A DNA stretch of 64,000 bases from Squalus acanthias (lineage: Eukaryota): assembly GCA_030390025.1 (NCBI GenBank), contig CM059438.1:57786001-57850000 (forward strand), written 5' to 3'. Positions 11,581 to 24,963 of the stretch are shown piece after piece (the first letter of the stretch is position 1; every line of letters starts with the position of its first letter). A program made the translations under genes and the position numbers. The notes beneath the pieces are model-generated. The model saw only the letters and a program-made list of their open reading frames with translations. It made no database searches and was not told where the DNA came from.

Positions 11581-13199
11581 ATTATTTTAAAGTGCTGCAA
11601 GTGAAGAAGGCCTTGCTTCTGAATTCAAGGGTTCTGTTCAGACCACTCACTCCCAGTCATGGGGGCTCTACTTGTAGTCTCCCTCGCGCTGCAGCTTGAC
11701 AGGGAGATGGAGCAGAGGCAGCTAAGAAGAGGACAAGCTGAGGGGGGAGGAGGAGGAGGAGGACTCTCAGCAGGAAGCCTTACCCACCTAGGGTCTTCCA
11801 AGAGCACTTCTCCTACCTGCACTTAAGCCAGGAGCAGTATATTCGGAGGCTCCACTTCACCAAGGAGGTGGTCACAGAACTCTGCCACTTCTTGCAACCA
11901 GACCGGCAGCCTCAGAGCAAGGCGACGACGCTCTGCCAGTGGCCTCGAAAGTGACCATGGCCCTGAATTTTTCCACCACCGGATCCTTCCAGTCTGGAAC
12001 AGGTGACATAGCTAACATCTCCCAGTTTGCCGTACATCACTGCATCAGGGAGGTCACAGAGGCTCTGTACTCCAGGAGAAGGGACTTCATTGTCTTCTCT
12101 CTGAACCGAGAGAAGCAGGAGGAACGACATGTGGCTTTGCCAGGATATCAGGCTTCCCATGGTGCAGAGCGCCATCGACTGCACACACGTGGCTTTGCGG
12201 GTGCCGCATATCAATCCTAAGATGTACCTCAACCGCAAAGGCTTCCACTCACTCCTCCCACTGCCTTCTGGTGTTCTGTCTCAAAGGCCTCCTGCCCCGC
12301 TGTGGGTAGAGGGCCTGTCTTCTTTTGTATACCCACTGGACCAAGGCCTCCAGTGCTGCATCTGAGAAGCGAGGCACCCTTTCTTTCCCCTGTTGTGACA
12401 TTGCTGCAGCCACAGTGACAATGTGGTGTTTCTGCAAAAAAAGCACCTTGCCCTTTAAGAAGTGCAGGAAGCCCAGGCAAAATTTTATTGGAGAGCAGGC
12501 TGCACCCGATATTGGCTTGTTGAGTGCTGAGCCAACCAGCGGCATGTTTAGTGCTGAGCTCAGCACTCCAATCATTATAATGAGCAGGCAGCACAAATTT
12601 TGCATGCTGCCTGCACCACTTTCAATGGGCGTGGGCAGATTGCGCATCACGATCCCCATGCCCGTTTTCGGGCCTAATCCAATTTCAGCCCCTGGGTATT
12701 CTGCAGCAAGTAGCTCACCTCCTGCTCCCCAAACCCTCTCCTACAAGGCACAAGTCAGGAGTGTAATGTAATACTCTCCACTTGCCTGGATGAGTGCAGC
12801 TTCAACAACACCTCAAGAAGCTCGACACCATCCAGGACAAAGCAGTCTACTTGATTGGCACTTCATTCACTAGCCTAAACATCTACCCACTCTATCACCG
12901 GCAAATTGTGGCTGCAGTATGCACAGCAGCAAATCGCCAAGGCTTCTTCAGAAGCACCTTCCAAAGCCATGACCTTTACCACCTAGAAGGATAAGGGCAG
13001 AAGGTGCATGGGAACACCACCACCTCCAAGTCACACACCATCTTGATTTGTATATATCGCTGTTCCTTCATCATCACTAGGCCAAAATCCTGGAACTCGC
13101 TACCTAACAGCATTTTGGAAGTACCTTCACCACATAGACTGCAGCAGTTCAAGAAGGAAGATCACCACCACCTTCTCGAGGGCAACTAGGGATGGACAA

Positions 13200-13714
13200 T
13201 GTGCACAATTCTGGTCTCCATATTATAAGGATATAGAGGCACAAAAGATTTGCAAGGATGATACCAGAACTGGGAGGATATAATTATCAGGAATGACTGA
13301 ACAGGCTCTTTTCTCCAGAAAAGTGACGGCTGAGCAGTGACCTAATGGAGATCTTATGAAGGGGTTTGATAAGGTAGACGTAGAGAAATTTTTTCCACTT
13401 GTGGGGGAGTCCAAAATTAGGGGCCATAAATATAAGAAAGTCACCAATAAATCCAATAGGGAACTCAGGAGAAACTTCTTTACCCAGAGAGTGGTAAGAA
13501 TATGGAACTTGCTAGTCACTACCACAAGTAGTTCAGGCGCACAGCATAGATGCATTTAAGGGGAAGCTAGATAAACACATGACGGAGAAAGGAATAAAAG
13601 GTTATGCTGATAGGGTTAGACAAAACGGGGTGTGAGGAGGCTCCTTTGGAGCATAAACATCGGCACAGTCCAGTTGGGCCAAATAGCCTGTTTCTGTGCT
13701 GTACATTCTATGTA
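13200..13714 (+). mobile_element. CR1 LINE 3' fragment inserted into the family-B tail
   Basis: KGFDKVDVEKFFPLVGESK...RRNFFTQRVV and a CR1-type 3' UTR. Confidence 0.85.
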
Positions 13715-14979
13715 TATTTGCTGGTGTTGCCAGCAACACCCACATCCTGAGAATTAATTTTTTAAATCATATTCAAGTGACCACTATCTGTTAAGTTAAC
13801 CATGCTAATTCACTTAAATAGCTGATTCACAGAATGTGAAAAATCAAAAACCACTTTCATTCACTAGGCGATTAAGAAATAGCAACTACCGCTGTTACAC
13901 GTTTTAGGTCTAGCCTTAGATTTTCTCTTAGGTACAGTGGTGCTGGTCATTCCAATAAGTCATCTAAGTGTCTTATATTCAGGAGTGTGCCCATGCTGTC
14001 CAATATCTAATTATACAATAATGCAACCCAGATGTATAACAATGGGACTCCTTTGTGATTTGATCTGGATATCATGTATTTCATGTATGCCCTGAAGTAT
14101 GTTTCCCAAATCTTTTTAAAGGCAAGACTAGATATGAATCGTGATGCTGCTTTATTTCACAGACAACTAGTGAACATACAGAGAATCAGTCAAAGCCAAT
14201 TTTACTTATTTAGCTCAATCATGCTTCTCTCCTCAAAAACATAGGGGGAAAAATAAATTAGATAACCTATCCCTGTCGTGGGTTGATTCGTTTTTGGCGT
14301 TATCTTTCTTTCTAGCAAACTTCTAACTTCAAGAACTGACTTTCTGCACCACTGCTTTCAGCTCCAAGACCTAGGCTTACACCTCAGTCACTTGTTTAAA
14401 ATCTGACTGCTCATGTGTCCCTTTTTTCTCTATTTTCCTACTCAGGGGGAGGGCTATGATGCTGACTTCCTGCCTGGTCAGTGATTTGCCAGTAGGCCTC
14501 TCAATAAAGACTAGTTAACTCTTTCCCCTCTTTGGGGTGTGGGTTTAAAGAGAATACCTCCTGCTGTTTTCAAAATTAACGTGGCCATCCTGGCGAATGG
14601 AATGAGTCACATGACCCTTACTGAATCAGTTGTGAATGTGACACTCCATAAACTGTCCAGTCTGGCTTGAATACATATCTTCAATGCCAGCAGCCTGTGG
14701 TGCTTTTTAAAACCTGTGCATATTCACTTTGTGTTTAAATCCTAAATCCTAAATTTGTTTCCATGGAGAAAAAAATTATCAATTATCCAGAAACGTGACA
14801 ACCAGGAATACAATTCCTCATTTTGTTTTCAAGTTGCCAATCAGGAACCAGCAGCCACAATGAAACCAACTAATCAAATCACTCAACTACTTTTGTCAAA
14901 GTAGTTTTGGCAGTAAGTTGGCTTTTCAACCCGCTGCAATATTGCTCTTAATAATTATATTTATTCATATACCATAATT

Positions 14980-17340
14980 AGAAAAGATAGAGAGGGAAAA
15001 ATGGGAGGTGGTGCAGCTGTACTTATTAGGGATAACATAATGGCAGTAGAAAAATGTGACATGGCTATCAGTAAGATAGAAATAGAATACATGTGGATAG
15101 AGGTAAAAGATAATAAAAGATCAATCACACTAACAGGGGTAGTCTACAGACCACCAAGTAGTGGAAGGGAGGTGGAGGAATAAATATGCAAACAAATTAG
15201 GGAAATCAGCAAAAAACATAGAATAATAATCATGGGGGAATTCAACCATCTCGATATTAATTGGCCAGAAGAGGTAGGTAAAGGGGATAAGGGAATGGAG
15301 TTTCTGCAATGTGTACAGGACTCCTTTCTAACCCAATATGTAAGAGGCCCGACAAGGGAGGATGTACAATTGGATCCAGTAATGGGGAATGAACCAGAGC
15401 AGATAAGAGAAGTAAAAGTAGGGGAACATCTAGGCAATAGTGACCATAATATAATACGCTTTAAGATAACAATTGAGAAGGACATAAGTACGATGAAGAC
15501 CAGAGTAATAGATTGGAGAAAAGCTGATGTGGAGGGGCTGGGAATAGAACTTGTGGAAAAAAATGGACAACAATATTGACAAACGCTGATGTAGAACAGC
15601 AATGGGAAACATTTAAAATGATGTTCAACAGAGTCCAGGAAAAATATATTCCACTAAAAAACAAAGAACAAGATAAACACTAATGAGACACCATGGATGA
15701 ATAAAGACATAAGGGAACAATTGAGTGTAAGGAAAAAGGCATACATTAAGTACAAGGACAGCAGGGGAGAGCATGACAAGGAGAATATGAAGAGTTTAGG
15801 AGAGAAGTCAAAAAAACATTTAGGAAGGCAAAGAGGAACTATGAAATTAAATTATCAAGGAACATAAAACAAAATAGTAAAATATTTTACAGGCACATAA
15901 ATAAAAAAAAGAAAGTTGGGATGGGAATACTAAGGGCCACTAAGGGATGGATAGGATAAAATCACAGGCAGCAATAGAAAAATGGTAGAAATATTAATTA
16001 CTTTGCTTCAATATTTACCAGGGAGACAGATCAGATACACATTACACCGGATGATGAGATTAGAAAGGAGATAACCGCATTTAAAATAAAAAAGAGAAAT
16101 ATTAAATAAACTAATCAAGCTCAAAGAGGATAAACTTGGAAAATACTAATCTAAATGGGGCAGAAGAGCAAACGGATCTCGGAGTACAAATACACAAATC
16201 ACTAAAAGTAGTGACACAACAACAACAACTTGTATTTATATAGCGCCTTTAACGTAGTAAAACGTCCCAAGGTGCTTCACAGGAGTATTAAAAGACAAAA
16301 AATTTGACACCAAGCCACATAAGGAGAAATTAGGGCAGGTGACCAAAAGCTTGGTCAAAGAGGTAGGTTTTAAGGAACGTCTTAAAGGAGGAAAGAGAGG
16401 TAGCAAGGCGGAGAGGTTTAGGCAGGGAATTCCAGAGCTTAGGGCCTAGGCAACAGAGGGCACGGTCACCAATGGTTGAGCGATTATAATCAGGGATGCT
16501 CAAGAGGCCAGAATTAGAGGAGCGCAGATACCTCGGCGGGGTTGTGGGGCTGAAGGAGATTAGAGAGATAGAGAGGGGTGAGGCCATGGAGGGATTTGAA
16601 AACAAGGATGAGAATTTTGAAATTGAGGCGTTGCTTAACCGGGAGCCAATGTAGGTCAGCGAGCACAGGGACACAGGTTAACAAGGCTATAAACAAAGCA
16701 AACCAAACACTAGGGTTTATTTCTAAAGGGATAGAATTGAAAAGTAGTGAAGTTATGCTCAACTTGTATTGAACCTTGGTTAGACCACACTTGGGGTACT
16801 GCATACAATTCTGGTCACCATATTACAAAAAGAATATAGAGGCACTGGAGAGGGTGCAGAGAAGATGTACAAAGATGATACCAGAAATGCGAAGGTATAC
16901 CCATCAGGAAAGGAAGAACAGGCTGGGTCTCTTTTCTCTTGAAAAGAGAAGGCTGAGGGGTGACCTAATAGAGGTCTTTAAAATTATGAAAGGTTTTGAT
17001 AGAGTAGACATAGAGAGAGTGTTTCCACTTGTGGGGAAAAGCAAATTTAGAGGCCATCAATATAAGATAGTTACCAAGAAATCAAATAGAGAATTCAGAA
17101 GAAACTTCTTTACCCAGAAAGTGGTGAGAATGTGGAACTCGCCACCACAGGGAGTGGTTGAAGTGAATAGAATAGATGCATTTAAGCGGAGGCTAGAAAA
17201 GCATATGAGGGAGAAGGGAATAGAGGGTTATGCTGATAGAGTTAGATGAAGAAAGACGGGAGGAGGCTCGAGTGGAGCATAAACGCTGGCATGGACTGTG
17301 TTGGCTCTGTTTCTGTGCTGTATATCCTATATAATCCTAT
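14980..17340 (+). mobile_element. Decayed, internally deleted CR1 LINE (AP endonuclease + C-terminus)
   Basis: GGGAAVLI, GVVYRPP, MGEFNHLDINW, HLGNSDHNII, then VRPHLGYCIQFWSP; tail (ATCCTAT)n. Confidence 0.88.
16218..16669 (-). mobile_element. L2 LINE 3' fragment
   Basis: LHWLPVKQRLNFKIL...LWNSLP...FKTFLKTYLF; (TTG)n tail; short TSD GACACA. Confidence 0.88.
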
Positions 17341-17386
17341 CTTTAATAAACACATAAAAATGTATATAATCTAAAATCTTACCCAC

Positions 17387-17614
17387 TGACATGAATCTTG
17401 TCATTCATGTGGAAATGACTTATGAAATAATACTGAATGGCCTACGGGTGGCGCTGTCCAGGGAGAGTATAAATACTCGGGCACGGGCCCAGCTTGCGCA
17501 GGACATTCTTAACAGGAACTAGTGAAGGACACAACTGGATCGCCATGTTGTAAAACAGTTGATTAAAGCTTTGTTTAATGCTTAGACCAAGTGCCTAGTA
17601 GTTTTCTTACGTCA
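17387..17614 (+). mobile_element. Solo LTR related to the Gypsy element at 25843-30352
   Basis: TGAC...GTCA termini and 5-bp TSD CCCAC; shares GTCCAGGGAG, GAGTATAAATACTC, GGGCCCA, AGTTGATTAAAGC and TTACGTCA with the Gypsy LTR. Confidence 0.88.
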
Positions 17615-18147
17615 CCCACTTTATGTTAGAATGTCCTGCATCAACTCCCCCCTGCACAAGTCTGATGATCTCTCTGGCCTAGGGTTTTCGTTACATCCTC
17701 TCTTCCCAGAGCTAGGAGTCTTCACCTTCCTTGCCAATATTTCCTGGGCTATGCACACACATGAGCCCAATACCCCTCAATACTTCTTTTGGTGCCTGTG
17801 CACATGGGCAGGCAATCAGTGCCTTTCACTGCTACTTTGCCCATGCGTGACTTGGCCCTAGGATTTCCTGCTTCTTCCTGACCTGGCCTGTTTTTGTTTG
17901 CTTCTCTTCCTACCGTTTTCGTAGCACTCTGATAATTTAGCCATGGTCATATAGTTAGTGGCTCCCTGTTTTAGAATGGAGCTTTTTTCAGAAAATACCT
18001 TTAATAATTAGCATTGTGTGTGTGTTGTTTATACTTACTGATTTTCTAAGACGTTTGCTCCCTTCTCTCTAAAAATATATTTACTCTCTGAAAATATATT
18101 TAATTTTATTTTTGCCAGAAATATAAAAGTAAAAGGGAAGTTGAAGG

Positions 18148-18295
18148 GCTGGAAATCTGAAATAATAACAAAAAATGCTGGAAATGCACAGCAGGCGACT
18201 CAGCATCTATAGGGTATACACTTGTAATATCATTCTTTCTTTTCTCTTTACAGATGCTGACTAATCTGCTGTGTATTTGCAGTGTTTCCTGTTAT
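18148..18295. mobile_element. Old Penelope-like inverted pLTR remnant
   Basis: CTGGAAATCTGAAATAA...AATGCTGGAAATGCACAGCAG with an inverted partner CTGCTGTGTATTTGCAG. Confidence 0.55.
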
Positions 18296-18554
18296 CAAAA
18301 ATATTCTTTTCTTGGCATTTATACAACCTGATTTCATCAGCACAAAATACTGAAAGTTTTCAGCTCCCCATTTTCCTTTCATCTAAAACCACAGAATATT
18401 ACTCGACCACTTAAACTTTGCAAGCTTTTATCATTTTCATTGCTCCAGAATGGAAGCTGGGTTTTGTGTTTTATTCTGTTTTGCTCTCTGAATTCTGTGA
18501 ACACCTGCCATCTGTAAAATCCTGGCACGGTGAAGGGACAATCTACATTGGACA

Positions 18555-18985
18555 CAGGTCCTGAATTCTCTCCTCATTGGTTGGTTTTCCTTAGGGTGGA
18601 CCTAATATCTGATTCTGTGAAACTACCTTTAATCCACTGCATTTTCTTCCTAGGACCTTCATTAGCCACGCAGGGTAGTTTGGAGATCAGAAAAACCACT
18701 CTTCATTGGCTTACCGCCACTGGGCGGGAGGAGAATACAATGCTGCTGCAGCCAGTAACAGCAACACCTCGGAGGTGTCAGCAGTTGGAAGGGTCTCCAG
18801 ATGTTCCAATGAGTCAGTGAAGATGCTGCTGGCAGAAGGACGAGGAGGGATCATCTGCTGGGCACTGAAGACAGGAGGCCCTTTAGGAGAGTGGTGCAGT
18901 CTCAGGAGGGAGGTTGCAGAGGCAGTCAGTGCAACTTCCACCATCCCAAAAAGTACAGTACAATGCTGAACGAGGTTTAATTACT
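18555..18985 (+). pseudogene. Highly decayed Harbinger Myb/SANT gene remnant
   Basis: SRCSNESVKMLL...EVAEAVSATSTIPKSTVQC*TRFNYL parallels PRFDDDRLHDLV...TWVQCKKRFNDL at 19650. Confidence 0.5.
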
Positions 18986-19380
18986 TACATAGAATTACAA
19001 ACAATATACAGCAAAGAAACAGACCATTTAGCCCAACTAGTCAGTGCTGGTGTTTATACTCCACACGAGTCTCCTCCCATTCCACCAACTTCATCTCAGC
19101 CTTTCAGCATATCTATTCAATTTTCTCTCATGTTCTTGTTTAGTTTCATTTTGAAAGCATCTAAGCTATTTGCCTCAACACTTCCTGTGGTAGTGAGTTC
19201 CACATTCTAACCACTCTCCGAGAAAATAAATTTCTCCTTATTTCCCTATTGGATTTATTGGTAACTATCTTGTATTTATGGCCCCTAGTTTTGGATTCTC
19301 CCACAAGTGGAAACATTCTCTTCACATGTACTCTGTCCAACCCATTCATAATTTTAAAGACCTCTATCAGGTCACCCCTA
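18986..19380 (-). mobile_element. CR1 3' fragment
   Basis: ORF 19161-19349 MFPLVGESKTRGHKYKI...WNSLPQ. Confidence 0.85.
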
Positions 19381-19649
19381 AGGGCTGGATTTTGCCAGCG
19401 GAGGCGGGTTTGCGTCAGGTTGGCTGTTTGGCGGGTTCCAGTACCGCTGCCGGTTTCTGCCGCACTGCAATAACGATTTTGTATTAACTGGGCTTATTAA
19501 GCCCGCCGTGCGCGTTACCCAGCCCAATCAGTGGGTTCAGGTCTGCTGCTCGCCTCTGCTGACGTCTTCGATTCAACTGCATTTAAGGGGCCAATACAGC
19601 CTTTGGTTTTATTCACTTTCTGATGCTCCTCAGTGGTATTCTTCGCGAG

Positions 19650-21546
19650 ATGACTGTTGCAAGACCCAAGGCTTCTCCCCGCTTTGATGATGACCGTCTC
19701 CATGATCTTGTGGAGGGAGTTAGAGGGCGCAAGGAGGTTCTGTTCCCCTCCAATGGAAGGAGGAAGCCTCCTCAGCAAACCAAGGCAGCCTGGCTGCAAA
19801 TTGCTGAGGTTAGCGCCAGGTCTTTGTGTGCACGCACCTGGGTTCAATGCAAGAAAAGGTTCAATGATCTGCTACGCTCAGCAAAAGTGAATATAACATC
19901 ACACTTACCTTCAATCTGCTTCCCATCTCTTCTCATCACTAGCACTCTGCATTGTCAACCTACTCTTTCACATCCCAATTTACCCTTACATCGTTGCACC
20001 CTTAACCATCCCTCTCTATGTACAGAATCATTTCACCATTCTACTATGCACCCCTCTTACTGTTATGCAATGACAACAACTAACAATGCACAGGGAGGGA
20101 CCTTGGCACTGGCACCTCACTCCATCTTTGTCTCCCTCTAAGCATCTATGCTATGGATTCTCTACACTCACTCCAACATTCTCACTCAAACTCCACTTGT
20201 GTCCTTCATTGCAGGAAAAGAGAGCCCACAATAAGAGGAAGAGGAGGAGGACAGGAGGAGGTTCACCTTCCTTGGCGCATTTAACCAACATGGAGGAGGC
20301 TGCTATCGAGATCGTCGGAGGTGCAGAGGAGGTGGAAGTGGGTGACGGAGAGACGGGCGCAGTCGAGCAAGCTGGTGACAGAATAGATTTTCAATCCTCT
20401 CATTCAGATTTCATGAGTGATTGATATGGCATCTGATGTTCATACAATTTGAGTTCTGATCATCTGCACAATGGGATGTGTCTGCTACCTAAATAGCACA
20501 TGTCTAACTCATGCCTTTACTTCCCCACAGGACCATCGAGAGCCTCCCTCCCCACTGTCCAGGAGGAAGAGCCGGACGACTCCTCAGAGGAAGCTGCAGC
20601 CTCTGAGGGGGCAGCGTCAGCAGAAATGAGCGCACCCAGCACCTGCGCAGAGACGCACACCTCGGTGGGTCCTTTGCGAAATAGAGTAGCGTTGTCACCT
20701 GGTGTATCACAGCTCACAAGTGAGCATCAGCAGATGGTGGAGACAGGGACAGCAGAGGAGAGTCCTTGTTGGAGGGCGCTGGACGCTGCTAGCTCTGCTC
20801 AGCTGCATGTGGACGTTGTGCCTCTGGAGCCATCCAGAAAAAGAGCGGTGCTGGAACTTCAGGAACAAGTGCAGGAGTCTCTGACAGAGTTTGCAACCAC
20901 GGTAACTACGAGTGTGCAGAGAATGGAGGAGTCCAGCTCAAACATGAGCAATGCCGTGGTGCATGCAATGGCGAATATAGGTGCCGCCATGGAAAGGATG
21001 ACAACCTCCATGGAGGACATAAATCGTCGAACTCAAATGAACTTGGTGACTCTTCTAAATAGATGATCAGCTATGGAGGATAGATGGGCATCTATCACGG
21101 AGAGGAACCAGAGGTACATGGACGTCCCCGTTATGAGGACTGTCAGTACAGAGTCGGGTCTTCGTGGCCCCACTGATGTGCAGCAAGGTGCTCTCCAGCT
21201 ACTTGTTAGCAGTGAAGTGCGGGTGACCCATGAGAAGGATGTTGGTGGTCGATAACAAGGAAGTATGGGCTCCTCTCCAAGCGCTCACACTCCCATGCCA
21301 CTGCAGAGCCCTCGGTCAGAGCCCCAGATTCCTCACCCAACTAAGATGGCCGTCTCAGCCCCTGCACAGCCGTAGGAGGAGCAGACTGTTGCGGAGCCCT
21401 CCCAGGTTCCCAAACCCAGAGGACACTCGCCAAAGGCATCTAAGCAGGTGCAGCAGAGAAGTGAGCAAGCTGCCTCTACATCTGCTGAAGCCACAGGGGA
21501 AGCACCACGTAGAAGCACGCGTAAGAGAAAGTTAACACACAAATAG
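19650..21546 (+). pseudogene. Three-exon Harbinger Myb/SANT-like DNA-binding protein (exons 19650-19886, 20215-20374, 20531-21546), with in-frame stops in exon 3
   Basis: GT-AG introns with matching phases give PRFDDDRLHDLVEGV...WLQIAEVS...TWVQCKKRFNDLLRSAK|EKRAHNKRKRRRTGGG...; three premature stops in the last exon. Confidence 0.8.
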
Positions 21547-21832
21547 TCACAAGGGTAGTCACTTGGGTGTTTTGATATAATACAAAGTTACGTTTCTCAT
21601 CATTATTTCAATTGTATTAAAGAAATGCGATGTCAAAGATTCAAAGAGTTGGCCTATGTGTGCTCAGAAATGGAAGTTGCACAGTGAGGGGTCAGGGCAC
21701 CTTTCATCTGTAGTGATGGTGGGGAGAGTGATAGAAATGCACAGTTTATTGTACAGATGCTATCTGGTGTGTAATGAAGCTCATGCAAACACTCATTTTC
21801 ATGTGCCAGCCATATGTGTTTGCTGCGTTAAG

Positions 21833-24171
21833 TTACACAAATCTGGCATGGATTAGTGTATCCCTTGCCACACAGCCAGCAATGTACTCGCGTTCTGGTG
21901 GCACTGGCACAGCCGCCTCAGCAAGGTCTTCCTCATCTGCCTCATTCGGCTCTTCCTCTGAGAAGGCTGTGTGCTCTGCCACTTGTTCCTTAGGCAGCAG
22001 TAAGCCACGCTGCTGTGCGATGTTGTGCAGGGCACAGCAGATCACGATAATTCTGGACACCCTGGCTGCTGCATACTGTAGGGCTCCACCAGATCTGTCC
22101 AGGCATCTGAATCGCATTTTGAGCAAGCCGATGGTTTGCTCTATGATGCTTCTGGTGGAAATGTGGCTCTCATTGTGGCGCTCCTCAGCTTCATTTGATG
22201 ACCTCCTCATCGGTGTCATTAGCCACATCTTCAGGGATAGCTCTTGTCTCCAAGGAGTTATCCGTAAAGTTGGGTTGGTGGATTGAACAGCTGAGGCACA
22301 GTGGACTGCCGCAGGATGAACGAGTCATGGCAACTGCCAGGGAACTTGGCGCAAACATGCAAAATATTCTTCCTGTGGTTGCACACCAGCTGGACGTTAA
22401 GGGAGTGGAAGCCCTTGCGGTTCACAAATACAGCTGGGTTGTGATGGGGTGCCCTAATGGCCACGTGTGCAGGCTACGACACTCTGCACCCTTGGGAAAC
22501 CTGCCATATTTGCAAAGGCCAACTGCACATATGGTAACACTTGCTTCATCTGTAGAGAAGTGGATGTAATTGTGCGACTTGGCAGAGGACATCGGTAACC
22601 TGCGTGATGCAAGTGTGTGCGGCCGACTGTGAAATGCCACTGATGTCTGCTGTTGATCCCTGGAAGGACACTGAAGCAAAGAAGTTGAGTGTGGTGGTGA
22701 CTTTGACAGCCACTGGTAAGGAGTGTCCACTCGCTCCTCTGGGCTACGGGTGTTGGTGCAGCATAGAAACATAGAAGATAGGAGCAGGAGTAGGCCATTC
22801 GGCCCCTCGAGCCTGTTCCGCCATTTAATGAGATCATGGCTGATCATCCAAATTCAGTACCCTGTCCCTGCTTTCTCCCCATATCCCTTGATCCCTTTAG
22901 CCTTAAGAAATATAGCTAACTCCTTCTTGAATATATTTAATGAATTGGCCTCAACTGTGTTGTGTGGTAGAGAATTCCACAGGTTCACCACACTCTGGGT
23001 GAAGAAATTCCTCTTCATCTCAGTCCTAAATGGCTTACCCCTTATCCTTAGACTGTGACCCCTGGTTCTGGACTCCCCCGCCATCGGGAACATCCTTCCT
23101 GCAGCTAGTCTGTCTAGTCCTGTTAGAATTTTATAAGTTTCAATGAGATTCCCTCTCATTCTTCTAAACTCTAGCGAATATAAGCCTAATCGACCCAATC
23201 TCTCCTCATACGTCATTCCTGCCATCCCAGGTATCAGTCTGGTGAATCTTCGCTGCACTCTCTCCATGGCAAGAACATCCTTCCTCAGATAAGGGGACCA
23301 AAGCTGCACACAATACTCAAGGTGTGGTCTCACCAAGGCCCTGTACAACTGCAGCAAGACATCCTTGCTCCTGTACTCGAATCCTCTCGCTATGAAGGCC
23401 AACATACCATTTGCCTTCTTAACCGCCTGCTGCACCTGCATGCTTACCTTCAGCGACTGGTGCACAAGGACACCCAGGTCTCGTTGCACTTCCCCTTTTC
23501 CCAATCTATTGCCGTTCAGATAATAATGTCTTCCTGTTTTTGCCACCGAAGTGGATAACCTCGCATTTATCCACATTATACTGCATTTGCCATGCATCTG
23601 CCCAATTACCCAACCTGTCCAAATCATACTGGAGTTTCTCTGCATCCTCCTCACAGCACACACGCCCACCCAGCTTTGTGTCATCTGCAAACTTGGAGAT
23701 ATTACATCTAGTTCCCTCGTCTAGATCATTTATATATATTGTGAATAGCTGGGGTCTTAGCACCAATCCCTGCGGTACCCCACTAATCATGCCTGCCACT
23801 CGTAAAAAGACCCATTTATTCCAACTCTTTGCTTCCTGTCTGCCAACCAGTTCTCTATGCAAGACAGTACCTTACCCCTAATCCCGTGTGCTTTAACATT
23901 TAGCATTGTGCAGATGTCAGCGACTACCTCTCGCGAAAGTCTCAGCCTCCTTTGGCACTGCTGCTCACTCATGTTGAGGAAGCTCATCCTCTGCCTGTGT
24001 TGGGGGTATCTCCTGCAGTGCTGCGCTGACGCCCTGTGCAACATCAGGTGGCTGAGGAGAAGGTTGGCGCTCCTGTTTTTGGTGCTGTTGGTGTGCCTGG
24101 TTCTGCTGCTGCCGCGGCTGCTCTTCCTCCAATTCTGAGGACCAGGATGAGAGAGTATAAATGGTTCCCAT
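21833..24171 (-). pseudogene. Harbinger (HARBI1-like) DDE transposase, frameshifted and split by a CR1
   Basis: [71 protein letters not shown]. Confidence 0.9.
22765..23901 (-). mobile_element. CR1 LINE, 5'-truncated, inserted in the Harbinger transposase
   Basis: GVPQGLVLRP, FADDTK, LVRPHLEYC; tail TTCTATG; TSD AGCAT. Confidence 0.92.
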
Positions 24172-24963
24172 TCTGCTGGTATATATGTCAGTTGATGAAG
24201 AGATATTATAAGCGCTCAGTCAATGTGGGCAGAGAATATTCCAAGGAGGTCACAGTGCATATGGATCTCAGATTAAACACTTATAACCTCAATACACCTG
24301 CAAAATGTGTTCCAAGACCTCAAAACACAAAGTTCTGGCATCTGAAAGTGAACTCAGGTTGCAGGTCAGCTTTTATGCTGCAGTTGCAGCTGTCAACTGT
24401 TCAGATAGTTGCTAAACCCGGCACAATCAGCTGGCATGTTTGTCGCATGACGTGGAACAGGCTGAGAATGTTGAAAAATGGGAAGAGCCTCTCAAAATAG
24501 AATTATCCAGAGTTAACAAGCTCTCCCGCCGCTTGATGTCGAGTCTGATCGGTACTCGCAGACCCGACACTCTGTAAAGTTGCGTGGAGGCAGGATAGCC
24601 CTGTAAATGTTTTCCCTTCAAGTATTTATCCAATTCTCTTTTGAATGTTACAAACTGAATCTGCTTCCACTACTTTCAGGCAGTGCATTCCAGATTACAA
24701 CAACTCACTTTGCAAAAAAAGTTTCCTCATGTCATCTGATTCTTTTGCCAATCACCTTAAATTTGTGTCCTCCAGTCACTGGCCCCCTTCTGCCACTGGA
24801 AACAGTTTCTCCTATTACTCTATCAAAACCATTCATGATTTGAACACCTCTATCAAATCTCCTCTTAACCTTCTCTGCTCTAAGGAGCACAACCCCAGCT
24901 TCTCCAGTCTCTCCACATAACTGAAGTCCCTCACCCCTGGTACCATTCTAGTACATCTCTTCT

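Larger units (their letters stand above)
9291..12691 (+). mobile_element. Internally deleted PIF/Harbinger element with convergent transposase (+, ~11660-12255) and Myb/SANT (-, ~12250-12400) remnants; contains nested CR1s
   Basis: Ends GGGCTG(T)GAATT / AATTTCAGCCC; 3-bp TSD CCG/CTG; peptides [34 protein letters not shown] and RVPRFSDAALEALV. Confidence 0.82.
8966..13765 (+). mobile_element. Older family-B LINE 3' fragment in three pieces (8966-9290, 12692-13198, 13717-13765), interrupted by Harbinger and CR1 insertions
   Basis: Colinear with 750-1660; the pieces rejoin at GAGGC(C/T)G|GGTATTCTGC. Confidence 0.8.
19382..24590. mobile_element. Formerly autonomous PIF/Harbinger transposon (convergent Myb/SANT and transposase genes); right end not resolved
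   Basis: Left TIR GGGCTGGATTTTGCC preceded by TAA; two-gene layout typical of Harbinger. Confidence 0.85.

Noticed and set aside
21833..24171. Host HARBI1 gene
   Set aside because: Frameshifted, interrupted by a CR1, paired with a Myb gene behind a TIR, and present as several copies in the window.
24589..24601. GGCAGGATAGCCC as the right TIR of the Harbinger starting at 19382
   Set aside because: TAGCCC is part of the adjacent CR1 frame (KHLQGY), and there is no matching TSD.
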